A stretch of 64,000 bases of DNA from Octopus vulgaris (GCA_951406725.2 OX597831.1:68324001-68388000); one strand, 5' to 3'; shown: positions 1 to 12,854, counted from the stretch's first letter. A program made the numbers and translations. Notes: generated by a model not told the origin, from the sequence alone.

Positions 1-343
1 AATTTTCCTCATATTTTTGAGACTAAATAACAAACAGAATCATCACAAATATATCTTCACTTCAGATTTTTCTAATAGCATGGACTATAAGTTTATGACA
101 ATTTATTTTTCTCTATCTTATTTGTAAGCCAAAAGCCTATGGGCTCAGTGTTCTCAGTTTTGACTTCAAATTTTTCCCATCTTTAATGCTGGTACCCCTC
201 ATATTTTACTAATGGCAATTTATTTTACACATACAAAATATTTAATTTTTGTTTTCATTTTCAAGAAGTAAATGTAGAAAATATCATGGTCAAGAAGAAG
301 GCATTTTGCTATTAATGTGGAAGCAATTCAACCTGGATGCACA

Positions 344-749
344 TACTCTTTTATTTGTTTCAGTCATGTGACTGTGGCCATGCTGGAGCACCACCTTTAG
401 TCGAGCTAATCGACCCCAGGACTTATTCTTTGTAAGCCTAGTACTTATTCTATCAGTCTCTTTTGCTGAACCGCTAAGTCACGGGGACGTAAACACACCA
501 GCATCAGTTGTCAAGTGATGTTGGTGGGGGGACAAACACAGACACACAAACATATACATATACACATACATATATATATATATACACACATATATACGAT
601 GGGCTTCTTTCAGTTTCTGTCTACCAAATCCACTCACAAGGCTTTGGTCGGCATGAGGCTATAGTAGAAGACACTTGCCCAAGGTGCCATGCAGTGGCAC
701 TGAACCTGGAACCATGTGGTTTGTAAGCAAACTACTTACCACACAGCCA
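344..749 (-). mobile_element. tRNA-derived SINE, family A
   Basis: Reverse complement has head GGCTGTGTGGTAAGTAG...GGTTCAGT, core GCACCTTGGGCAAGTGTCTT, internal (TA)/(TG) tract and tail ACTGAAACAAATAAAAGAGTA; many copies in window. Confidence 0.9.
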
Positions 750-869
750 TTTCATTCTGATAATTTTCTTTTCTACGCAACATCATTGCCCATTCTAGGG
801 TAGATATCTTAGAAAATTAATACTTCAGAATGAGTTGTGGAAATTAGTTACAAATAATGAGCTTGCAAT

Positions 870-1382
870 GCCTGAGGATAATCGGGATAAAGCTTTGATT
901 CTGAGACCTCTTTCCTAGTTAAGTAAGACATTCATTGCCTCATAAATAGCCATGGAATAAGATTTTATCCATGGTAAATTATTGTACACAAATCAAGATT
1001 TTGATCTAAAGTTATCTTTATCATGAGTTTCAGATCAAGCTCTGAAGCTGACTACTTGTAGCAATTTTTCTTCCCACTTCTTGAGGCAATAAAGAAAATT
1101 GAGCACCTGACATAAGATCAACAAATCACTGTATCTCATGTTTCTTACTGTAGAAGCATTATTTTGACTGGATACCAATATGCAGCAAGCCGGACCGAGA
1201 CAAAAAGAATTACCAAGTATCACAGTTCATAAATGGGGAAACTCAATCCATACGATGTTAGTCTGATCATGTTTCTGATGAACAGCAGCAATGAAGTTGT
1301 AAATGTAATTCAGATGTCCTATATGAGAAATCTCTCAACATAACCAGTATTATAGTTATACAGATATTCTCGTCAAGGGGAC
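870..1382 (-). mobile_element. possible decayed LTR-retrotransposon gag/protease remnant
   Basis: Broken minus frames give YWYP (cf. Gypsy gag CWYH) then VDLMSGAQFSLLP (cf. retropepsin LVDSGAQxSxLP); many stops. Confidence 0.25.
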
Positions 1383-1957
1383 CTGAAATAGATCAATTTA
1401 TAAAGAGATTTGAATGGAATATTAGACATAATAAGCTAAATTAACTGGTTTCAAAATATCTTTGATGTATATATGAGAATAGAAAAAATAATTTCATTTA
1501 TAGGATTTCACATACAATAGACACCTACATTCATGCACACATACATATACATACTAACACAGATACACTCTTAAATAATATTTTATGTTGCTTTACAAGG
1601 AAAAGATTTCTTTGATATATTTATTAATATCTTGAGTAATTATGAATATTTTCTCTAGTGTAGGTTTAGCAAGTGTTTTTTTTTCTCTTACAGAATATAA
1701 AATAAAACATAAAATGAAGATAAGTCACTATGGATGAAAATTATTGGCAATTTTCTGTCATATTTTATGTTGAATATGTAGACTTCTGTAATATTTCTTG
1801 TTTATTTTCAATTTTCTGCAATCTGTTTGATTAAACATGTAATATATTGTGTTAATGTTATGTTGCTAATAATGACAAATTTTGAAATATTCCATTTCGT
1901 TTTTGGATTTGGTTTGCAAGATTCTTTATATGAGTTCGTGTGTTGAAGCATATTCTG

Positions 1958-2195
1958 TTGTGTCAGGGGAGAGTCATTCTCTTTTAGTGCCTTATTATTT
2001 AACACACTCACCGGTAAAATTTCCACTTATTTCTTATTTTTATTTTCTAAAATTTTCATTGCGTCTTGCAACATTTTCAATAGTCTTGATCCAACGAAAA
2101 TTTTAGAAAATAAAAATAAGAAATAAGTGGAAATTTTACCGGTGAGTGTGTTAAATAATAAGGCACTAAAAGAGAATGACTCTCCCCAGACACAA
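1958..2195. repeat. fold-back inverted repeat, 100-bp arms and 38-bp spacer
   Basis: 1958-2057 is the near-perfect reverse complement of 2096-2195. Confidence 0.9.
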
Positions 2196-2233
2196 TTGAA
2201 ATATTCTCTTTAGAAACAATGTGACACAATTTG

Positions 2234-2475
2234 TTTTATTCTTTTATTTGTTTCAGTCATTTGACTGCGACCATGTTGGAGCAGCGCCTTTAGTTGAACA
2301 AATTGACCCTAGGACTTATTCTTTATAAGCCTAGTCCTTATTCTATCGGTATCTTTTGCTGAAATGCTAGGTTATGGGGATGTAAACGTAGCAACATCAG
2401 TTGTCAAGTGATGGTGGGGGACAAACACAGACACTAAACACAAACATATCCACACACACACACACACGCACATAC

Positions 2476-2523
<48 letters not shown>

Positions 2524-2682
2524 GGGCTTCCTTCAGTTTCTATCTACCAGATCCACTCACAAGGCTTTGGTCAGCCCAAGGCTATAGTAGAAGACACTTA
2601 CTCAAGGTGACAAGCAGTGGGACTGAACCCAGAACCATGTGGTTGGTAAGTAAGCTACTTACCACACAGCCACGCCTGCACC
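2234..2682 (-). mobile_element. tRNA-derived SINE, family A
   Basis: Same layout as 344-749; a short tail fragment also at about 2797-2842. Confidence 0.9.
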
Positions 2683-3340
2683 AAGTCTATTTTTTCTAAA
2701 TAACAACAGACGTTCATGTCAATTTGAAGGGCCTATCTGGTGAAACCTTTTCTTGGAATTACAGAATATTTCTAGATATTTCTTCTTTCATTTTTTCTTC
2801 TTTTATTTGTTTCAGTCATTTGACTGCGGCCATGCTGGAGCATGTCCTTCTCTTCACATTATAACAATACATTTCATAAATTTCAAGTTTTGTCTTATTA
2901 TTATGATAATGTGATGGTATTGTTAGAATACTGGACTAAATGCTCTGCAGTATTTGTTTCAGGTTTCTAAGTTCAAACCTCACTAAGATCAATGTGTCTC
3001 TCCACTTTGTGAAGTTGATTAAAAATAAAGTACCGTTAATCATTTGGTAGGTACAGTTTGATTACTTAATCCTGCCTTCAAATTTGTAGTCTTGTACATA
3101 GCCTGTAAATCATTATTAAACAACAAAAATGCCAGATATGCTTACTGCCTTGTAGTATTTAGTAAGATCCATTTGTTCTGAGTTCACATCAAGTTTGCCT
3201 TTCATCCTTCTGGAGTAAATAAAATAATTATCTCTCAAATAGTTTCTATCTTTCAACTGAAAATACACGTTCCTCAAAATTCATGTATTACTTTTCTGAA
3301 GTAATTTCTCTATCTACATTGTTCTTCTGGCTTCCTCTAG

Positions 3341-3354
3341 TTTTCATTGAGATG
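3341..3354 (+). other. candidate 14-nt microexon
   Basis: ttgttcttctggcttcctctAG|TTTTCATTGAGATG|GTGAGT. Confidence 0.3.
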
Positions 3355-4100
3355 GTGAGTATTCAGAAACATTAGGGCTCTATCTTAAAAAGAAAACAAT
3401 GAAAATTATTGCAGTCTTTGGATGGTCAATTCAACTGATTAACAGACAATGGATTGAGTGTCCATATCTTGTTCTTCGGTATGTATGCTTCCACTGACAA
3501 CCATAGCTAAGACACCTGACTCTCAAAATTTAAACTCCAGTTTGTTGTAAGTAGGCTTCAAGGGATGGTTTAATCACCAGAAAACTATACAATATTTATA
3601 GTTGATGCACCAATGAGAGAAATTCTCAGTAAGTGATTTTGTTTTTTCTCTCCTTGCCTTATTTATACCTATAAGAGAAGTTAGACTCAATACTGCAATA
3701 TAATAGACCTCTTGACAATCGTATTACTTAAAGTAGCAAGTTATTCCTACATTGTGATACTTATCTGTAAGATTTTTGAGAGAGCTTTAAATGTCTTTCT
3801 GTTGGACTGGGCTTTGATAAGTGTGCTCTATAATCAATTTTGTTACCATCGCCACAAATACAACCACCATATGTGCACAATGTTTTTACTTCTCATTTTG
3901 TTATGATTGACTTTGCTTTTACTCATCTGACCATTGATAAAATATCAGATATACTGAGGTCAAACCAGTTGACTCTGCACTTGTCTAGGAAATAACTTTG
4001 TGGCTAAATCACAAAACACAACACAACAAAACAAAATAAAGGGAATGCAATATCAACGAAGTAACAGCAGTTGTAGCATACTGGGTTAGATGCCTTAACA

Positions 4101-4471
4101 GAGGCGTAATGGCCCAGTGGTTAGGGCAGCGGACTCGTGGTCATAGGATCGCGGTTTCGATTCCCAGACCGGGCGTTGTGAGTGTTTATTGAGCGAAAAC
4201 ACCTAAAGCTCCACGAGGCTCCAGCAGGGATGGTGGTGATCCCTGCTGTACTCTTTCGCCACAACTTTCTCTCACTCTTACTTCCTGTTTCTGTTGTACC
4301 TGTATTTCAAAGGGCTGGCCTTGTCACTCTCTGTGTCACGCTGAATATCCCTGAGAACTACGTGTCTGTGGAGTGCTCAGCCACTTACACGTTAATTTCA
4401 CGAGCAGGCTGTTCCGTTGATTCGGATCAACCGGAACCCTCGTCGTCGTAACTGTCGGAGTGCTTCCATCC
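4101..4471 (+). mobile_element. tRNA(Arg)-like SINE, family B
   Basis: Head GGCCCAGTGGTTAGGGCAGCGGACTCG...GGTTTCGATTCC; 13-bp TSD AGATGCYTTAACA at 4088-4100 and 4472-4484; near-identical copy at 28482. Confidence 0.9.
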
Positions 4472-5850
4472 AGATGCTTTAACATAATTAATTTTAGTAA
4501 AATGTCCTTTGACATTGTACTAAAATTCTGCTGATGTTGACTTTACCATTCAGCCCTTGTGGTTGATAAAATAAATATCAGTGTTATAATGGAATTGAGA
4601 TTCCATTGATGATACCCTTTCTTCTATGAAATTTTAATGTGCACTAAGTTTCAAGAAATCAATATTCTTTCTGTTATAAAATTTACTAAAAAAAAATGTT
4701 GTTCATCATAAATCTAATAAATACAACAATTTATCTATTTCATTTTTTATTGATTATTATTTTTATCAAAATGAGTCTTTATTTATCGAAATCAGAATTC
4801 CAAACATCTTGTGAATATAATAATTCAACTGAAAAAATAAAAATTTGTAATAATGAAAGATTATGATCAATGGTTCCACTTCAGAAAATAATTCCATATC
4901 ATTTGAAAAAAAGCAAGTAAAATAAATTCTCTGAACAATTCTTCACAATGAAAGACCCCCACCTCCTAGCAAATGTGATTTCTTAGGAATATTTATCATT
5001 TCAAATATTAACAGTTATTTGAACAATTTGGTAATAATGGAATATTCTCTAAATTTAGTGTTATCTATTTTTCACATACAGATGGTATATGACTGAAAAA
5101 TATGCTGCTGATAACTTGGTTTAGCAACTTCTTACGATGTCTTCTTAATAATTAGTGAAGAAGAAAATTTACATGGAGCAATTCTATTTGTGTGCAAAAA
5201 ATATAAATCAGTGAATGTTTTACTATTTTATGCCACATTTAGTTTTGTTTCTCTAACTCTGCTGTTTATTGAAACAGATATAATTCAGGCTCAGGAACTT
5301 GTTGTATAATTGGCTTGCCTAATTGGGTTATTTAATGTATTTATTTACATTGTATGGCTGTAAATAGATACATGGGTAGGTAAAAAGTTTACTCTTGTAA
5401 GTAGTTGAAGTACTATATAGTTGGCGAGTCTAATTATTTTTTTCATGCTAGCTTTTTTATACTCCAGCCATTTTATACTCCACCATTATGGTTTAGCTTG
5501 GAGAGGAATAAACTTTCCTAGATTGATCCATGCTGAATACACGACATGAAAACAAGTTGTTCAGTGGTTTCCCACAGGCCTATTATGTTATGAAACTAAC
5601 CATTACTGTTGCTTGACTCAATTCCCTGAGGAGGAATGGGATAAAGGAATAGTCAGACGATTATAACACTGGAAAAATTTGTATGCAGTAAATGGACCCA
5701 GTATGAGACAGCAAAATGATACCATAAAAACTGCATCAGTGAATTTGAGCATCTTATTATCATAACCCTTATTGTTATTGTCCAGAATTATTAGCACACT
5801 GGACAAAAGGCTTAGTGGCATTTTATCTGTCTTTACATTCAGAGTTCAAA

Positions 5851-5931
5851 ACCTTGGGCTGACCAAAGCCTTGTGAGTGGATCTGGTAGATAAAAACTGA
5901 AAGAAGCCCGTATATATATATATGTATATAT
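5851..5931 (+). mobile_element. SINE family A internal fragment
   Basis: GACCAAAGCCTTGTGAGTGGATCTGGTAGA...GAAAGAAGCCCG then (TA)n. Confidence 0.7.
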
Positions 5932-6017
5932 ATCATCATCATCATTTAGCGTCCGCTTTCCATGCTAGCATGGGTTGGACGGTTAAACTGGGGTCTGGGA
6001 AGCCAGAAGGCTGCACC
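5932..6017 (-). mobile_element. RTE LINE extreme 3' end
   Basis: (CAT)n then TTAGCGTCCGCTTTCCATGCTAGCATGGGTTGGAC, matching the 3' end of the RTE at 22787-25603. Confidence 0.85.
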
Positions 6018-6124
6018 TGAATCTATACAACAACAACAATAATAAATACTGTGGTTATATAAAATAACAGAGGAAAAATGTTACATTGCTGCTAAAGATA
6101 TCAATTGTCATTATGAATAATGAT

Positions 6125-6384
6125 GATCATCATCATCGTTTAGCATCCGCTTTCCATGCTAGCATGGGTTGGACAGTTCAACTGGGGTCTGGGAAGCCAG
6201 AAGGCTGTGCCAGGCCCAGTCTGATCTGGCAATGTTTCTACGGCTGGATGCCCTTCCTAACGCCAACCACTCCGTGATTGTAGTGGCTGCTTTTTACGTG
6301 CCACCGGCACAGGTGCCAGACGAGGCTGGCAAACGGCCTTGTTCGGATGGTGCTTTTTACGTGCCACTGGCACAGGGGCCAGGT
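6125..6384 (-). mobile_element. RTE LINE 3' UTR fragment
   Basis: (CAT)n tail, GCTGGATGCCCTTCCTAACGCCAACCACTCC and two hairpin units. Confidence 0.85.
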
Positions 6385-6511
6385 GAGGTCAACTTTGCAT
6401 TTCATCCTTTTGGGGCTGATGGAATAAGTACCAGTAAGTACTAAGGTCGATGTAATTGACTAACTCCTTCCCCCAAAATTCTAGGCATTGTGTTTGCAGT
6501 AGAAATGAGTC

Positions 6512-6903
6512 ACTTTGGTCAACATCTCATTGACTTTTTTTAAGATTCATGCGGAAATGAAAGTGAGAGTGGAGAGGGAAGTGCTACTTCCCAGTGAATT
6601 TGTGGAAAGATGGGCGACTTTGGCAAAATTGGTTAGAGTGAATGGCCCCACTCTTAGTAAAGTGCTCATGCCTTTGGTGGTCAGGGTAATCCTGAATCTG
6701 TGGTGTTCCTTCATTGGCCCCAGTTGGGGTTTCTACTCTATCATTTATGTTATCATATATTATGTATATACTATGTATACTTTATTGTATTTCATCATCT
6801 TTTCCACTTCTTTATCCCCATCCTTTATGTAAACCCCGCTAAATTGTTTCTGTCCTTGTCAGGTCTGCCTCATCTATGGCCTTGTGACTAGTAAAAGAAA
6901 TTC
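6512..6903 (+). mobile_element. L1/Tx1-like LINE 3' fragment
   Basis: FFKIHAEMKVRVEREVL...FVERW resembles a Tx1 ORF2 C-terminus; T-rich 3' UTR ending GTAAAAGAAA. Confidence 0.55.
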
Positions 6904-6968
6904 TTCCTTTTCTTCTTCTTCTTCTCCTCCTCCTCCTGCTTCTTCTTCTTCTTCTTCTTCTTCTTCTT

Positions 6969-7030
<62 letters not shown>
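6904..7030. repeat. compound (CTT)n/(TTA)n microsatellite
   Basis: Directly visible. Confidence 0.95.
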
Positions 7031-7034
<4 letters not shown>

Positions 7035-8371
7035 TAGTTTTATTTTTGTAGCGTGCTTTCACTTCACTACCAAGTGCAGTTCTGTCTGTCTTGGGTATGT
7101 GCTGTGATATGTTGTGATGCTCTGATGGTTATTGTATTGAAAGTGTTCTGCGTAAGATGTGTGCAGTGCCCAGTATTGCAATTTTCTGTATGTTATATGT
7201 GTTTGTAAGTCCTGGTGTTTTTGTTATGTATTTGCCTGAATATTTTTTTAATCATACCTAATGCACCTACTATGATAGGAATTGTTTCTGTTTTTAGATT
7301 CCACATTCGAGTTACCTCTATTTCCAGGTCTTTGTATTTTGAAAGTTTCTCCATTTCCTTTAGAGACACGTTGTCATCTGCTTGAAAGCATACATCAATT
7401 AGAAAGCATTTTTTCCTTCATGATCTCTGACAACTATATCTGGCCTGTTGCCCTTAATTTCTCTATCTGTGTGTATTGGCATATCCCAGAGTATGGTTGC
7501 TATCTCGTTTTCTGTGACCTTTTCTGGCATGTGCATATGCCATCTTTTTTCTGTTGTTATTCCATAATGTTGGCATAGCTTCCAGTGTATGTAGGTCCCA
7601 ACTCTGTCGTGTCTGTGAATATATTCCTTCTTATCCAGGACTGGGCAGCCAGAGATAATATGATTTATTGTTTCTTGTCCATCTCCACATATTCTGCAGT
7701 TACTTGTTATGTTTCTTTTCATTATGTTTTTGGTAATTTCTGGTGGGGAGGCTTTGGTCTTGTGCTGAAATTAAAAATCCCTCCGTCTCTGCTTTGAGTC
7801 CTGAGTTTCTCAACCATTGCTGGGATTTTTCTTTGTCTATTTCTTTTGCATTTAATTTAGTCCAGTATTTGCCATGAAGGGGCTTTTCTTGCCATCGTTG
7901 CTCAGGGGCTAAGTTTGCTGTTTTAATAGTCCTTTTCTGTGGTTGTTCATTCGCTGACCATATTTCTTTCCAGAATTCTTTCCCTTCTGCCATTGGTGCT
8001 GCAGTGATGTTTATTTTATTTTTGCCAAGTTCTTGGTAGAACTTTTTGGAGTTGGAGTTAAACTGTTTGTTTTGTTCAAAGAAACATTGGCGTTTCTCAT
8101 ACCGGCAGATCCTTTGTGCTTTGGCAAGGATATTTTGCTTTAGCTTTCCTTTTATCTCAGGTAAATCTTTTTCTGTGATGTTGTATTTGCACAGTATTTT
8201 TCTTTTCTTTTTGTTGCTTAGTAGTGTTGATTGTCGACTAATTTCGTGAAGAATCGACAGATCTTTTCTCATTTTTTGTATTTTTTTGGATGTTATTTAT
8301 CCACAGGGTTTGTTTGGGTGGTGGAGTTTTCCTTTTCCAATTTTGTGTCCATTTCTTGCAAGTGTCTTCCT
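7031..8371 (-). mobile_element. R4/Dong-clade RLE non-LTR retrotransposon, RT deleted
   Basis: ORF 7399-7722 has CRIC...ETINHIISGC zinc knuckle, YIHRHD and NRPDIVV endonuclease motifs; ORF 7700-8272 joins pre-RT (KKFYQEL...FWKEIW) to post-RT (RWQEKPLHG) sequence; 3' end abuts (TAA)n. Confidence 0.85.
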
Positions 8372-9109
8372 GAAACCTAAGGCAAAGAAACTCACTGTAT
8401 ACATTGAAAGATCATTAAATTAAACAGATTGTTCATTTACAAAATGAGGTTATATGCCCCCCACCCCCCAAAAAAACTAAAGTTACATTGGTGGTAATCA
8501 TTCTCATAATGACAATGCTCTTTTCAACATGTGTGATGTACCAGTTAAAACAATATTTTGCACTTCTTGCATGGGTGGTGAGCCAGGGATCATTCTCAAT
8601 TATTTTCTGTGAATATTCATGTTTTCACAAGTTTGAAATATTTTCATTTTGGATTCATTCATTTGTTCATCTTGTCATTTTACATTTTTTTCCTCATTCT
8701 AATGATTATTTTTCATTGAGGCATTATTTTACAGCCAGGTGTCATTCCTGTAGCTAATCCTTTCTTATTTTTCAAGTATGGGATTTTTTATTTATTCCAT
8801 GTAACCTTTGAAAGTACAAGGAATGTCAATATAGCATTTACTGTTCATGCAAATGTGTAGAGTGTAAACATTGACACAAATACATTATGTGCACACACAC
8901 ACACACACACACATGCATCTCTCTATTTCTTTCTCTAGCTATCTATCTGTCAGTCTGTCTGTTTATCTATCTATATATTTATATATATATATAAACATTA
9001 TACACACACAAACTCTCACACACCTATGAATATGCATGCACATGAGCATATGTATAGGATTAGTCCACATTACTCTGTAAGGAGCACAGGACTGGTTTCC
9101 TGGTATATA

Positions 9110-9975
9110 TTTGATCATCCCATAAATAATGTCATTTTTTCAATTGCTTGAAGTAAAAGTCGGTGGGGGGGGGATAAACTACCTGCATCAACTTGCTATA
9201 AAAGCAAGGTAGTAATTTTACCTTGTACTTAATCAGGGCTAGTTTTGAAGAGTGCAGTTTAATTTTAACAGTCATTTTTTCACAGTTGTAATGGAAGTGA
9301 CATATTTTGCTTTATGGGGTCAATAAAGCAACAGAGCAATAAAAAGGGCAAAGAATGTTTATGCAGTATATATGGGGATCGGACAATAAGTGTAAGCCAG
9401 TGTCAGTGGTGTTTCCAGAAATTCTGAGCCAGAAACTACAGCCTAGAAGACGAGCCTCATCCTGGAAGATTTATGGAGCGGGACAAGGACATCCTGCATA
9501 CCTTGGTGGAACAAAATCCCATTGTAACTGTGGAGAAACTAGCAGAGAAGCTTGGATTTGGTCATTCAACCAGTCATTCAAGTCAGCACTAGAAGAAAAA
9601 CGACCATCTTTGGTTTCAAGATGAAATGTATACTTCCATCAGGATAATGCTTGGCCACATACAGCAAGGATGACATTCCAAAGGCTGGAGCAGTTTGAAT
9701 GGGAAACGATCCTCCATCCACTATATTTGTCGGACATTGCCCTATCTGTTTATCATTTATTCGGCAGTCTTCAAAATCATTTAGATGGAAAAAATATGAA
9801 TTCTGTAGATGGAGGATTGAATTTTGGAAAAGGAGCTTTGCAAATCTACCAGATAGATGGAAGATCATTGTAGAAAATGAAGCAGAATATATTTTAGATT
9901 AAAAAGAACTTTGTTTATTTTAATTTTGAAAAGAAAAAGAAGCATAAAAAACCCATCAGTTATATAATTCATATA
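9110..9975 (+). mobile_element. degenerate mariner transposon
   Basis: HQDNA and LEQFEWETILHPLYLSDIALSVYHLFGSLQNHL motifs; frameshifts; decayed TIRs. Confidence 0.75.
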
Positions 9976-10062
9976 GCATGTTTCTTTTTGTGTATGTATA
10001 TCTTCATGCCCCCTTACATTTCCATGTGTAGTTTCTATTTTCTCTTTGTAACATATTTCTAT

Positions 10063-10105
<43 letters not shown>

Positions 10106-11559
10106 TTGTGTGTATATGTATATATATGTGTGTGTGTGTGTGTATGTATATGCATATGAATACATATATACATACATACATATATATATATATGTATATA
10201 TGGTGGTTGTCTACTCCTTATCCAGAGTTTGACCACCTCCTGTACCTACACCTTAGCACTTTCATGGCATCTGATGTAGCTTTTTAAACCAGACAATGTT
10301 TTAAAAAGACACCCACATAGATTGCATATCAGATTTGGACCACCAAGAGTTGCAGATAAGTTCTGATCTTTGTGGATCTTAAAATGTCTTTCAACACCTC
10401 CATTAGATTAACTGCAGAGTAATTTCCGATCTCAGCGTGCCAAAGTGAAGCCATTTGAAAGATACACATAAATATAATTTGTGGAACTTTATACATGCTA
10501 GATTTTGGTTGAGCGTTTCTGTGTCTAGTTCTGGAAATTGTACTTTTGTAAACGACAGACTATGCTGATGATCTTGCAGATGTTTGTGTATCCATATACA
10601 TAAATATTAACAAGTGAAACTAATTAGTACATAGGTAATGGGTTTTTTTTATTTCGTATATTTTCATTTGTCTAGCTTATTTTTACACTTTGGTTTTTTG
10701 TTGAATTTTTTCTTGAGAACACATTCTTCATGGAAAATGGTGATTTTGACGTCTATATCTAGCATATAGTCTGTCCATTGTTTTTAGTGGTCAGTCAGTC
10801 CTCTAAATTTTGTATGTAAAAAAGATTTTTAATCTTCGGATATTTTTAAAAATATGCTAGTCCACTGGTTTCAATTGATTAATATCAATTTGTACCCTTA
10901 TTTAATTTTATATATATATATATATATATACTTACATACATACATACAGGCGTACTCCAGTGAGTCAATCCCCACCTCATATTGCTCTCTCCTCACACCA
11001 TATCATCCCTGACCATCTTGATACCACTTTTCCCTCTTGCTACTTGGGTCCATCTCACATTTTAGCCATTCTCCATCCGTTGCTATTGTTCTCCTCACCC
11101 ACATGTTACAGTGGACTTTTTCTTCTCCAGAGCATCTAATTATCTCTTCTCATGCATAATGCTTGTCTTATCTTTCTACTCCACTCCTGCAAACACTTCA
11201 GCAACACTTCAGCTCTCTGTCTCCTCTCCCTCATCAATGGTATCCTTACTACAATACTCCTCGTAGCCCTGTAACCTCCCAAACTCACATCATCTCAATC
11301 CCACTAAGGCTGCCCACCTCTCTCTATTACTTCCTCCATCTCTTTCCTCAAACACTCTTGCAAATCCCCATTTACCTTATCATCACTGTCTATTTCCTTG
11401 GAGATTCCTCTAATTCATTCCCACACTCTCTCTCTCTCTCTCTCCTAAATGTCACTAGCCCTGTAACTCCTACAATAAGGACCTGTTCTGTTCCTGCATT
11501 TTTCCTCCCTCCATCTAACATACAGAAGCAATATTCTTTCTCTCTGGGATTGTTGCCTT

Positions 11560-11776
11560 GCAAGCCACATGATAACTCCAATAGTGCTGGTGGCATGAAA
11601 AATAAGCACCCAATATACACTGCAAAGTGGTTGGCATTAGGAAGGGCATCCAGCCATAGAAACTATGCCAAAACAGACACGAGTGTATGATGCAGTCCTT
11701 AACTCATTGAATCCTTATCAAACCATCCAACCCATGGAAGTATGGAATATGGACATTAAAAGATGAGGATGATGAT
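11560..11776 (+). mobile_element. old RTE 3' end
   Basis: GTGGTTGGCATTAGGAAGGGCATCCAGC...CCATCCAACCCATG...GATGATGA. Confidence 0.7.
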
Positions 11777-12334
11777 AGACATATCATGATAAGTTTCCAT
11801 AAAGTTTTACTCACAAAGCACTAGTCAACCTGAAGTTGCCATAGAAGATACCTGCCCCAGGTGCCAATCATTGAGATAGAACTATAGAACTAGACACCAT
11901 CTCGTTATGAAGTGAACTCTGTATTTACAGAACCTACCTGCTTATAAGATGAAAAATGATTTGCAGGTTCGTTTTACCATCAGAGACTTTGGAACAACAC
12001 CACCCAGCCTGTTTGAGGAAAGGAGAGCAGAAAGGTCTGGCTTTAGATATTTTCAAATCTGTTGATATGCTGAGGAAACTGAGAAAAATTAATTGGGCTG
12101 GTGGGCAAAAGAGAAAACCTATTTGCTATATATGTGACAGTAAAGGTCCCTTAAAGATATAAATATGTTTATAAAATGACATTTTTTCATAAATGCTATG
12201 TTTTAATTTTGTTCAGTTATGATTGGCAGTGATGTTTTAAGTTTCTTTACTAAGTTTGTGTGTATATGCTTATGCTTATTTTTTAACATAAACACGGAAA
12301 ATGAAAACTTGAGACCATCACAATTTATAAAATA

Positions 12335-12467
12335 TTCTAATATATTACTTCGTTCTGTTTTTTGCAGGTAAGTCATCCTAGCTTTAACTTAACAAGGTGG
12401 ATTACCATATTTATATAATCAGGATAACTTGAAATAAATTGGTGATATTATCTAAAAGCAAGTAAGT
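12335..12467 (+). other. candidate recursive splice site with 94-nt RS-exon (12368-12461)
   Basis: TTCTAAT branch-like motif, pyrimidine tract, TTTGCAG|GTAAGT, second donor AA|GTAAGT at 12462. Confidence 0.5.
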
Positions 12468-12854
12468 TTCATATTTATATATTTTTTATTGATTGTTTTA
12501 TATCAAGATGAATGCAAATTTTTAGTGGAGTGATCTTTTGCGATATTGTTAAAAACTGAATCTTACAGATGGTCAAGTTTATTGGGAGTTCAGTCAAATG
12601 ACTATAAGATGACAGTACAGCACTCCATCTATATCCAGAATACTTATCTCCTTAAGGTCCAATCCATTTAGCTGCATGGAGGTTCCAATTTGACAGAACT
12701 AACCAACTGAATCAACAAAATTCACGTATAATTCTTGATTGTTTTGTTAATTTACACTATTGGTTTCTAGTCTTGCCAAAGCTGAAATTGTTTTACCAAA
12801 CCTAGAGTGTATATGGTATACTTGTTACTGTCTGTATGTCCTAATCTATACATG

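Noticed and set aside
1360-1382. Selenocysteine TGA in a minus-strand exon after TTTCAG
   Set aside because: The same frame hits TAG shortly after and no SECIS is seen
4101-4175. tRNA genes at SINE heads (also 13.1, 26.2, 28.5, 34.7, 39.8 kb)
   Set aside because: Imperfect cloverleafs continuous with SINE bodies, several with TSDs
11163-11690. 175-aa ORF
   Set aside because: Pyrimidine-rich low-complexity sequence running into an RTE tail; no domain
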